Virus record (IMG/VR): IMGVR_UViG_3300038400_000021
Span: 1-60,800 of that record
Reading direction: 5' to 3' (one strand)
From: a virus
Taxonomy: Duplodnaviria > Caudoviricetes
DNA length: 60,800 nt
The notes under the pieces were generated by a model that saw only the letters and a list, made by a program, of their open reading frames with translations, ran no database searches and was not told where the DNA came from. This document shows positions 1-8,800 of this stretch, piece by piece; within the stretch, counting starts at the first letter, position 1; every line of letters begins with the position of its first letter. A program made the translations under genes and the position numbers.

Positions 1-224
1 CGCGCGACGACGAGGAGGTCTGGTTCGCGCTCGGCGTCGGCGAGTACTGGACCGATCGCGAAATGACGGCCGAGGCGATGCGCGATGAGGCCGTGCTGGC
101 GCTGCACGCTGCTGACGAGCTCGGCGGACGGGTCGTGGTAACGGTGGGCGAGAGCGCGTGGCACGGGTTGGAGTTGACGGATGCGCCGGTCAGTACGCCT
201 CCCACGGACGACACCGGCATGTAA
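1..224 (+). CDS. 3' part of GhoS/DUF2622-like protein (starts at GTG 60692, spans the junction)
   Basis: Joined ORF MAIVRIHLDSQSYDQIDATMERFGYHRKIPGTRDDEEVWFALGVGEYW...RVVVTVGESAWHGL resembles the DUF2622/GhoS pattern; TAA at 222-224. Confidence 0.6.
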   Translation, partial: RDDEEVWFALGVGEYWTDREMTAEAMRDEAVLALHAADELGGRVVVTVGESAWHGLELTDAPVSTPPTDDTGM

Positions 225-471
225 CGGCCTGCTCGGAGCGCCTGTGGTTGTGCAGGACGGCCAGCGTGAAGCCCGCGGCGAACAGCCGCCGCAGCGCCTC
301 TCGGTTGTACTCGACGCCGAACACGTCGATGCCCCATCGGCTGCCGACGCCAGCGATGAACCGCCAGCGCTCCCAGCGGCCCGCGAAGATCTCGTTCAGC
401 AGCGAGTCGACCCGGTGCTTCGCGGCGCGATAGGCGCGGTCCGCGTAGCCCATGGTCGACGCGATCGTCAT
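190..471 (-). CDS. Hypothetical protein (93 aa) at the end of the late operon
   Basis: ATGA overlap with the endolysin stop. Confidence 0.55.
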   Translation of the reverse strand: MTIASTMGYADRAYRAAKHRVDSLLNEIFAGRWERWRFIAGVGSRWGIDVFGVEYNREALRRLFAAGFTLAVLHNHRRSEQAVTCRCRPWEAY

Positions 472-1022
472 GCACGAACTCGCAGCATCGCCGTCCGATG
501 CTCCGGCTTGGGCCACAGCGTGTCGTGATGCGACCAGATCGACCCGTCGCTCGCGATGATGCCAGGCTCGCGACCGTTGGGGCCGCGGCACTGGCAGACG
601 TCCAGCAGGGCGTAGTCCGGGTGGTCGTGGTCCCACTCGAGGCAGCGCGATACGCCGACGACGATGCCGATGTGGCCGATGAACACGTGGCCCTGCAGGC
701 GGATCGTCGGGTACGCGAGCAGGACGCCCGGCGCCGGCGTGAATACACGCTCGAACAGCTCACCGGCGTGGTCGGCGTCCTCGATCGCGCTGTTGCAGTT
801 CATGTCGTCGCTCACGGTCGCCCATGCGCCTCTGTTGAAGCCCGGACGGTGGCGCTTGATCCCGTAGACCTCGCACACCGCGAAGCCGAAGCAGTCGCGC
901 GGCTCGTCGCCCTTGCTGGTGATGTCGCCTGTGCCGAGTGTGTAGACGCCGCGCCCAACAAGGGCACGCGCCTGCGCGACGGCCTGCGCCGCCGTGTACA
1001 GCGGGCGCGGTCCAGTGCTCAC
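468..1022 (-). CDS. Endolysin, NlpC/P60-CHAP-like cysteine peptidase
   Basis: Y.LG..RDCFGF catalytic Cys and GHIGIV His; located in the lysis cluster. Confidence 0.75.
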   Translation of the reverse strand: MSTGPRPLYTAAQAVAQARALVGRGVYTLGTGDITSKGDEPRDCFGFAVCEVYGIKRHRPGFNRGAWATVSDDMNCNSAIEDADHAGELFERVFTPAPGVLLAYPTIRLQGHVFIGHIGIVVGVSRCLEWDHDHPDYALLDVCQCRGPNGREPGIIASDGSIWSHHDTLWPKPEHRTAMLRVRA

Positions 1023-1435
1023 GGCAACCTAACCTCGGCCCCGCCGCTCAGCCGCGCGAGCACAGCCTGTCCCTGGACCACGACGTCCGGCTCGCCACCG
1101 AGCGACGCTACCTGGGGCTCCGGCTGCTTCTTCAGCGCGTCAAGGAACGCCGCCACGGCGCACGAGCCGACCTCCTTGCCGAGCGCCAGCGCATCCTTCT
1201 CCACGGCGCCCCAGTCGACCTTGCCCTTGGTCGCCGCAAGCGCCCCGTAGCGCGCCACCGCGGCGAGCAGCGGACCGGCGTACTCCTTGCCGCAGTCGAT
1301 CACCGCAGCCTTGCCGGCGTGCGCGTACTCCTTGGCCTCGGCGCACCCCGTCACGCAGGCAACGGTGCTGCCGATGGCCCCGATGAACATGCAGCACATC
1401 AGAAAGGTGAGAGCGATCTGCTTGTGGAGATTCAC
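1019..1435 (-). CDS. Putative lipoprotein in lysis cassette (possibly spanin-like)
   Basis: Hydrophobic N-terminus with TVAC/VTGC lipobox-like Cys; lies between holin and endolysin. Confidence 0.55.
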   Translation of the reverse strand: MNLHKQIALTFLMCCMFIGAIGSTVACVTGCAEAKEYAHAGKAAVIDCGKEYAGPLLAAVARYGALAATKGKVDWGAVEKDALALGKEVGSCAVAAFLDALKKQPEPQVASLGGEPDVVVQGQAVLARLSGGAEVRLP

Positions 1436-1677
1436 GATGCACCTTCGATCGTCCCGCTCGTGACGCCCTTGGGCGCGTTCGCCGCAACGGTCGCCGCGCT
1501 CTTGCCGACATCGGCAAGGCCCTGACCGCCGACGTACACGAGCAGGGCAGCGAAGATATGATCGAGCGCCGCGGGGTCGATATCGAAGCCGAACCGACCC
1601 GCGACGTACACGACGATTGCCGCGAGCGCGGCGAGAAACTTCTTGCTGGTCAGCAGTTCTGCGAGAGTTGCCTTCAT
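1432..1677 (-). CDS. Holin (81 aa, two TM segments)
   Basis: MKATLAELLTSKKFLAALAAIVVY...LLVYVGGQGLADVGK, typical S.KF...Y..GQG..D holin pattern. Confidence 0.75.
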   Translation of the reverse strand: MKATLAELLTSKKFLAALAAIVVYVAGRFGFDIDPAALDHIFAALLVYVGGQGLADVGKSAATVAANAPKGVTSGTIEGAS

Positions 1678-1808
1678 GGCGCCACCGTGCTTTCCGTTGC
1701 GACGTCCGCGTGCGCGACGGCCATACACGACAGCGCGTCGAATCCCTTCCAGACCGCGGCGATCCAGAAGATCGACCACGCCCATTTCTTGATGCATTGC
1801 AGTCTCAT
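1674..1808 (-). CDS. Small membrane peptide (44 aa)
   Basis: ATGA overlaps on both sides; Trp-rich hydrophobic segment. Confidence 0.5.
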   Translation of the reverse strand: MRLQCIKKWAWSIFWIAAVWKGFDALSCMAVAHADVATESTVAP

Positions 1809-2449
1809 GGTGTCGGTTCCTTCTGCAGCGCCGCTGGGCGCCACTCGTGACGTTCTTTCTCGACGGCCCGCAGCCGGTACTCGGTCTCCGTCTCCTTCGC
1901 AGACCGGTTCCAAATCGCGTTGCCGACCGCAACCACTGAGCCGACCGTGGCGATCACAACCATCCAGATCACCTTGTCGGCCAGCTTCCAGCGCCCCTCC
2001 ACCTTGGTCAGCCGATCGCTTTGCTCGCGCGCGGTGTCGATGTGCTTCTGCTCAGCAGCGGTGACCCGCGCGACCAGGAGCGACATCTGCCGCGCCTGCT
2101 CGGAGATTGCCGCGACCACCTGCTTCTCGACGTCCTTCGACCCCGAGCGCTCCTTCTCGCGGTGCCGCGTGACCGCCCGCGCGAGGTTGAGCAGCAGAAC
2201 GTACGGGTCGTCCGACGAGCGGCGCAGTCTCTCAGCTTGCGCATAGTCGTCCGCGTCGAGCTGGCCGTTGAGCAGCAGTTCAATGGGCGCGGTCACCTCG
2301 TCGCTCGGCTCCGGCATCACGGACGGCACTCCGCTGACCCAGCGCTTATGCCGGTTCCGCTCGCTGTCCGACATCCGCCACGCGCGCGGCGAGGTTCCCG
2401 CCCGCGGCGGCGTGGGTTTCTGCTCGAAATCGTCCTCGTCGTCAGCCAT
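1805..2449 (-). CDS. Coiled-coil protein with C-terminal TM helix (lysis-associated)
   Basis: Coiled coil followed by VIWMVVIATVGSVVAVG. Confidence 0.6.
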   Translation of the reverse strand: MADDEDDFEQKPTPPRAGTSPRAWRMSDSERNRHKRWVSGVPSVMPEPSDEVTAPIELLLNGQLDADDYAQAERLRRSSDDPYVLLLNLARAVTRHREKERSGSKDVEKQVVAAISEQARQMSLLVARVTAAEQKHIDTAREQSDRLTKVEGRWKLADKVIWMVVIATVGSVVAVGNAIWNRSAKETETEYRLRAVEKERHEWRPAALQKEPTP

Positions 2450-2455
2450 GGGACC

Positions 2456-3754
2456 TCACTGCGCGCACGCGTCCTTCGGGGTGAAGCGAAACACGCGCCC
2501 ATTGACGAACGTGGTCCCGTACAGCGCGCAGTCCGATCCGCGCACCAGGCCTCCGTACGGATACCCAGAGTCGAACCCGAAGCTGTGCAGCAGCCGGAAC
2601 CGCGTCCCGTCACGCGCGATCTGATAGACCCCGCCCGTGCCGCTCGCGCCGCCGTACAGCGCCGTGCCGTAGAGCAGCCCGTCACAGCCCTCGACGAGGT
2701 TGCCGTTCGGCATGGCGCCGGTCGTGTTGCTGAACCGGATCGTCGGGCCCGGCACGTTGGGCGCGACATCGTCGAGCTCGCGCAGTACGCGAATGCTGGC
2801 GTCCAGCCGCACGATCATTCCGGTGCCGGCCGGCCCGCCGATCTCGCGCGGGACCAGCAGCGCATCGCCGACCAGCACCGGCGCCTGAATCTGCGTGTTG
2901 TCGTCGCAGCAGCGCGGCTTTCCGCTGTCGGGAAATGAGTCGACCACCGTGATCGCGAGCGTCTCGGGATCGACCGTGAAGTACGTGCCCTTGCCAGCCG
3001 TGCCACCCCAGTCGGTGACGCCGTGCAGCTTGCCGCGGGCAAACGTGAGGCCACCGCGCGCGCCGCCGACGGCCGCGGGAATCGGCTCGTAGGTGAAGTC
3101 GCCCTCGGACCAGCACCACACCGCGCCGGTGCCGTATCGACTGCCAGCCTTCGAGGTGCCGCAGACCCGGCCATCGGGCGTGACCGCGACCGTGCCCATT
3201 GGGAACTGGCCGTCGAACGCCCACTGCGCCGACGGGAAGTGGTGCAGTGCCTCGAACGCACCGCCCGTCGGGTTGTAGCGGAACAGGACGCCTGCGCCGC
3301 GGAGGCCGCTGATCTCGGGCGTGCCACCCATCTGCGTGATCCCGTAGAGCCAGCCGCCGGGGCCGACCACGAGCGATCCGTAGGGGTGGTAGCCGTCGTA
3401 GTTGTGGTACGCGTCGTCGAGCTGCGTGAAGGCGTGCTCGACCTGGTAGCCGCCGTCGCGGCCGACCGAGAACAGCGCGCCCGGGCAGCGCATCGTGTGC
3501 TCGGTCGTCGGCCAGTTCGAGCTCGAGTTGCAGTAGTCCGTGCCGTTGGGTCCGCCCTCGCCGGCGAGCCCGTACAGGCGATCGCCGACCGCGACCATGG
3601 AGCCGCGCACCGAGTTACCATCGGCGCCGAACGTGTGGAGCCAGGTCAGATCGGACTCCTCGAGCGTGGCAACGAGCGTGGCGGTAGGGGTCGAGGCTGG
3701 GGCGGTCCAGCAAGCGGCGAGGCAGAGCGTGAGTGCGATGTGTTTCATGGTCAT
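2456..3754 (-). CDS. GloVer (TIGR03803-like) tandem-repeat beta-propeller lipoprotein
   Basis: Repeats such as G..P.G.LV.G.DG.LYG.T..GG..G.G.V(F/Y)...LHSF; signal MKHIALTLCLAAC. Confidence 0.8.
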   Translation of the reverse strand: MTMKHIALTLCLAACWTAPASTPTATLVATLEESDLTWLHTFGADGNSVRGSMVAVGDRLYGLAGEGGPNGTDYCNSSSNWPTTEHTMRCPGALFSVGRDGGYQVEHAFTQLDDAYHNYDGYHPYGSLVVGPGGWLYGITQMGGTPEISGLRGAGVLFRYNPTGGAFEALHHFPSAQWAFDGQFPMGTVAVTPDGRVCGTSKAGSRYGTGAVWCWSEGDFTYEPIPAAVGGARGGLTFARGKLHGVTDWGGTAGKGTYFTVDPETLAITVVDSFPDSGKPRCCDDNTQIQAPVLVGDALLVPREIGGPAGTGMIVRLDASIRVLRELDDVAPNVPGPTIRFSNTTGAMPNGNLVEGCDGLLYGTALYGGASGTGGVYQIARDGTRFRLLHSFGFDSGYPYGGLVRGSDCALYGTTFVNGRVFRFTPKDACAQ

Positions 3755-5334
3755 GGCTTGAATGCGATCACGGCGTCGACTGCGAGGACGTTGACGTTAA
3801 AGGACACGCTGGCCGTGCCGGTGCTTCCGGCCGTGGCCTTGAAGCCCTTCCAGATCGAGATCAGGCCCCAGTCGCCGTCGGGCATGTTCGTCGAGAACTC
3901 GATCACCTTGGCGACGTTCGTGAGTCCCGCCGCAGTGAACGACGTCACGGTCGGATTGGCCGTGAAGGTCATACCGCCAACGATGTACAGGATCAGCTCG
4001 TTGGCCGCGGTCGTCGTCACCGCTGAGATCGTCTTGGGCCCAGTGCTGTTCGTGTTGAACACGTCCGAAGTGCTCGTGTCGACGGCGAGGGTCGCGCCGT
4101 TGGGGCCGCGGACCGTGATCCGCTTGAGCATGTTCTCGATGCCGTTGGTGTACGTGCAGGTCACCTGCGGCGGCGATCGGTCATGGCTGTTCGCAACGGT
4201 GTCCGTGGCGATCTCGCCGACCGGGACCTTGCGCACGTTCACGTCCCACGTCGCGTTGATGATGCCGGCGGTGGTCGTCTGCTCGATGATCTTCGTCCAT
4301 CCGGCCGGGTCGCTGATTGTCGGTACTCCAGATGCCGTCCCGCAGCCGCTGTGCCCGAACAGCACCTCGAAGTCGTTATCCTGCGAGCCCTTATACGCGT
4401 CAGCCGTGAGCGTTGCCGTGTTGCCGAACTTCGTCACGCCGAATCCGACGACATCGGGGAACGTGGTCACAGCAACCGGCGCGATCGCAAGCATCTCGCG
4501 CGCGGCCTCGGCGACCTGGGTTCCGATCGTCAGACATGACGGGTCGTCCCAGTGCGAGATGTCCGGCATCGTCGCGTAGTCGACATTCGGCATGAAGAAG
4601 TAGCTCGGCGCCGTCGCCGAGTACGCGAGCATCGCCGTGCGCACTGTGTTGCGAAATGCCGTGTTCGTCGCGAGGCTCAGCAGCGGCCAGATGATGACTG
4701 CTTGCGGAAAGTCCGCGTGCAGCTGCGTGACCATCGTGCCCATGTTCGCCTGCATGTTGCCGGCGGGCCCCGCATTGACACTGTCGTTCGCGCCGAGGTC
4801 GCAGTAGATGACCCGGACAACTCGTCCGGTCGACGCCTCGAGCGCTTTGAGCCGAGTCTTCTCGATCGTGTAGAAGTTGGAGCCGACGGTCGGGAAGTTG
4901 GCGGTCGGCAGCCAATGCGACTGCAGTTCCGCCGCCGTGATCGCGCAGACGGTCACGTAAGCGAAGGCGGATGAGATCGCGTAGAGCTGTTTGCCGAAGG
5001 TGATCTCGGTGCCGAACCGCTGCGCTACGCCCGAGGCCGCATGCGATCGCAGAGGTACGGGACCAAACAGAGTTCCGAACGACCCGCCTGGTGTGTCGAC
5101 GGGTGTCGCGCCGCCAGTGTCGGCGATCTTTGAGTTGATGGTCACCGCCGTGAAATCGGTGTCGACGCCGTGTTCGAGAATGCGGTTCGTGTTTGCGCTG
5201 TTGCTCGTGCCCTTCGTGATGCCGTTGCTGTCCATGATCAGCGCGGCGATACCGGGCTGCAGTGCGCCCAACGCCGTACCGATCCCGACGCCAATCTTCG
5301 GGCCGATTCTCAGAGAGCGAAAACCGAACGGCAC
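3751..5334 (-). CDS. Tail-associated SGNH/SASA-type esterase with C-terminal beta-sandwich
   Basis: IMDSNG (Ser), FGTEITFG, LGANDS, DISHW (DxxH) blocks. Confidence 0.65.
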   Translation of the reverse strand: MPFGFRSLRIGPKIGVGIGTALGALQPGIAALIMDSNGITKGTSNSANTNRILEHGVDTDFTAVTINSKIADTGGATPVDTPGGSFGTLFGPVPLRSHAASGVAQRFGTEITFGKQLYAISSAFAYVTVCAITAAELQSHWLPTANFPTVGSNFYTIEKTRLKALEASTGRVVRVIYCDLGANDSVNAGPAGNMQANMGTMVTQLHADFPQAVIIWPLLSLATNTAFRNTVRTAMLAYSATAPSYFFMPNVDYATMPDISHWDDPSCLTIGTQVAEAAREMLAIAPVAVTTFPDVVGFGVTKFGNTATLTADAYKGSQDNDFEVLFGHSGCGTASGVPTISDPAGWTKIIEQTTTAGIINATWDVNVRKVPVGEIATDTVANSHDRSPPQVTCTYTNGIENMLKRITVRGPNGATLAVDTSTSDVFNTNSTGPKTISAVTTTAANELILYIVGGMTFTANPTVTSFTAAGLTNVAKVIEFSTNMPDGDWGLISIWKGFKATAGSTGTASVSFNVNVLAVDAVIAFKP

Positions 5335-5338
5335 CAGA

Positions 5339-5836
5339 TCACATCTTCCCGTGGCTGCTCACGCGCAGTGGGCCGCCGGTCGCGCCGACGACGACCTTGA
5401 CGCGCGTGCGATACGCCGCAGTGTCGGCGACATTGAACCTCGCGCCACCGAGCCCTGCCCCAGTGGCCGCAAGCACTCCGTTGGTGGCGCTCCATCCGGT
5501 TCCATCGGCGCCGACGAACGCCGAACTTGGATCCTCGTCGACCCATTCCCCGACCGTGGAGCTGAAGTTGGTGACGTCCAGCTCGCTGTGGTCGCAGTCC
5601 TGGACCGTCGCCGACGTGATGATCAGACCGTTCGCCGCTGCAGCGCTGGCGTACGCGGTGATGTGCCCGCTGATGATCGGGGCATCAGGGCCGCCGAGGA
5701 TGTAGTAGTAGGTCTGGCCGGCCGCCAAGGGATACACACCCCGCGCGGCGTTACCCGTCGTGTCGGGGGGGACGAGGACACCGCTGCTGTCGATCGGCTG
5801 GACGTAGCGCCCGCCGGCGCGTGGCATTCTGGACAT
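5339..5836 (-). CDS. Putative virion structural protein
   Basis: Beta-rich Gly/Thr protein in the structural operon. Confidence 0.6.
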   Translation of the reverse strand: MSRMPRAGGRYVQPIDSSGVLVPPDTTGNAARGVYPLAAGQTYYYILGGPDAPIISGHITAYASAAAANGLIITSATVQDCDHSELDVTNFSSTVGEWVDEDPSSAFVGADGTGWSATNGVLAATGAGLGGARFNVADTAAYRTRVKVVVGATGGPLRVSSHGKM

Positions 5837-5841
5837 GGTCG

Positions 5842-8800
5842 TTACCTCATTGCTCGACGGTCACTCGCCGTCTGGTAAAGGGCGGTCACATTGGAGTTCC
5901 CGGCGATCGACGGCGCAGGAGGCTGCGCTTGTGCGGGCGCCGCGTCGGTGATCGGCGATGGCGCATGTGCGGTCGCCAGGATCGCGGCGTGCTCGGGCTG
6001 CAGCGAATCGTCGAGCGGGATCTTGAACACGAGCGACCCGCGGAGCCGCTGCTCGTACGGGACCGGCTTGCCCGCGTCGCCGATGCGCTCGATCAGCCGC
6101 TGCTGCGCGAACTCGAGCAGTTTCGGGAATACTGCGCTTGCCGTCTGCGCCTTCGCGGGCGTCGGGTCAACGAACACCTGCGTCGGGTCGTGGACCACGG
6201 ACAGGCGCTGCGCGACATCGTAGGCCGCGGCGGGCGACGGCACCCACTCGCGCTTGGAGTAGGGGTTCGGCGGCGGTGCCTTGGGCATGACCTTGTTGAG
6301 CGCCTCGAAGCGGGCCATCAGATGCTGTTCGGCTGCGGCGATCAGGTCCGGATCGGCCACGCCGCGCATCTCCTTGCGCACCAGCTGCGTGACCAGATCG
6401 GGGCGCGACACCGCGTTGGCGATCTCGCGGATCCGCACCGCCGCCAGCTGCTGCGCGTTGGCGTTCTTGGGCGCGTCTGGCTCGCCGTCATCGATCAGCC
6501 GGTGGCCGAGCACGGTAGTGGTCGCTACCATGCCGCCGCGAACCTTCGGCGCGGTCTCCGCGACGAGGCCGAGCGTCCGGTCGACCGCGTGGGCGATCTT
6601 GTCCTTGGTCTTCGCAACCAGCGCCGCGGCGCGCGCATCGCCTGTGGCGGGGATGCGACCCACGAAGCGGCCCGCAGCGGCCTTGATGGCGCGGAACTTC
6701 AGATAGGCGCCCAGGAAGGGGCCGATCACCGGAATGTCGTGCGGGTGCGGGATGCCCGGCACGCCGAGCTCGCCGGCAACGCCGATGGTCGTCAGGACAG
6801 AGCCGAGCGAGCTGGTCGATGTCGGCGCCGCGGTCGGGGCCTGCGCCCGTGACGCGCGCGCCGCCGCTGCGGTATCGGTCGCCTGCCGCGCGCCGGCCTT
6901 GGCCTCCATCTCCGCGAGTCGAGCGCGCTGAAGCGCCGTGTCCGCGGTGCCTCGAGCAGCCTTGGCCGCCTCGAGCGCCTGCGCAGCGGTCGGCGGCAAC
7001 GCGGGCTGTCCGGCGTACTTGCCGTACTTGGCCTCGAGGTCCTCCCATGATGGGCGTGACGAGGCAGCCGGAGCAGGCGTCACGGGCACTGCAGTCGACG
7101 CCGAGCCGGCCGCCATCTTCGCCTCGGATCGCTTGCGGCTCTCGCTGACCACCGTACGGGGCCGGCCCTGCGAGTCGACGTGGTCGTCGATCGCGCGCGT
7201 GGTCCGGTCCATCGTCTTGCGCTCTGCCGCATCCTCAGCGGCCCGGAATGCCTTGGCCGCTTCCTGCGCCGCCGGTGGCGCGTCAGGCCCGAGTGCTTCT
7301 GCGAGCCGCGCGCTGGACTTCTCGTACTTGGTCGCCGCCTGCGCTACCGCCGCGACGTCCTCGACGGCGCCGGGGCGCTTGCCAACGGCGGTCAACTGCT
7401 GCTCAATCGCGTGGACTTCGCGCTCGGCCGCGACCTGCTCGGCCGGCGACGTGGCTGCCGCAGCGCGCTCGACCGCGGCCTCGTGAGCCTGCTCGAGCTT
7501 GGCAACCGAGAGCGGGTGAGCCTCAGCGCGTGCCGCGCGGAACGCCTTGCCGGCCGGGGTCTGCGTCTCGCTCTGGACGATCTTCTGCCCCGTGGACTTC
7601 TCGACCGAGTCGTAGATCTTGGTCCCAACGCCCTGCTTCTGCAGCGCCGGCTCAATGTTGATGTGCTCCGGATAGAGCCCCTCGCTGGTGTGGAGGAATT
7701 CGGCGGTGCCTGCCGTGACCTCCTCGCCGTCGCTGAGCGTGCGCGTGAGCGTCACGGTCGTGCGCGGCTTGCCGCCTGGAACGAGCGGCTTGGTCTCTGT
7801 GGTCAGCTTGAGCTTCGTGCCACCGGCCTCGATGTGCTCGACGGTCGGTGCAGATTGCTTCGCAGCAGGCGCGGCGACTGGCTCGTACTTCTCGCCTCGC
7901 TGCACATAGGTCAGCCGGTTTTGGAGCCCCGAATTGCCGATCGGCCCTTCCGGGATCCCGGCCTCGATTTCCTCCTTGGAGAGCCGAACATGGCGTCCGT
8001 CCGGGCTGTCCATCGACCAGATCTTCTTCTTGCGCAGGTCGTAGAGCGCCTTGTCGAACTCCTCGCGCGGCATGTCGGGCAACGCCTTGCGGAGGTCGGA
8101 GACCTTGACGTAGTTGTGCCCGCCAGTCTTTGCGTCGATCTCGTGGAACGCCTGGTCGAAGCGTGACGCGAAGGACTGGGGCTCAGTCGCGGGCGCTGCG
8201 TCCGGCTTGGTCGGCCCAGCCATCTCGGCCCATTCACGCTCTACCTTGGCCAGCGCCTTCGCGTGCGACCCTTCCTCCTTCATTGCCCGTCCGATGTTCT
8301 GCGCGACGTACGCATCGCGAGTCTTCGGGCGCGTGAGGTTGGCGAAGAACGCAGCACGTTCCTCGTCGGCCATTGCCGACCCCGCGTAGTTCTTCGCGTT
8401 CGCCTGCGCCCTGAAATGCTCGCTCGCTGCCGCTGTTTTCTCCGCCTTCGCTGCGGCGTACTCCGCTCGAGCCGGCGCGCCCATCGCCTTCAGGTCAGCG
8501 CCCGCGCCGAGTTGCGACTCCATCGAGCGGAGCTGGCCGGTGAGGGTGTTGGTGGCGGCACCGTGCGTCGCCTGGCCTGCACGGCGCTGCATGTCGAGCA
8601 GGGACTCGAGTCCGGTTGGGGTCTCGGTCGGGGCGGTCGCGTTCGGCGCCTTCGGCGGCTCGTCCGGTTTTGGCTCCTGAACCTTGCCTGACTTGATGTC
8701 CTTTCGACGTTGGTCGATGCGGTCGAGGTCGTCGTTGATGGACTTGATCTCGGCGCTCTTCCTCCCCTCCTCGGTTCGATCGAGTTCTCGGCGACGGTCG

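Noticed and set aside
3023-4579. Long plus-strand ORFs opposite structural genes (also 22748-24334, 10108-11172, 28648-29736, 37585-38655)
   Set aside because: Antisense shadows of high-GC coding sequence; no motifs or RBS
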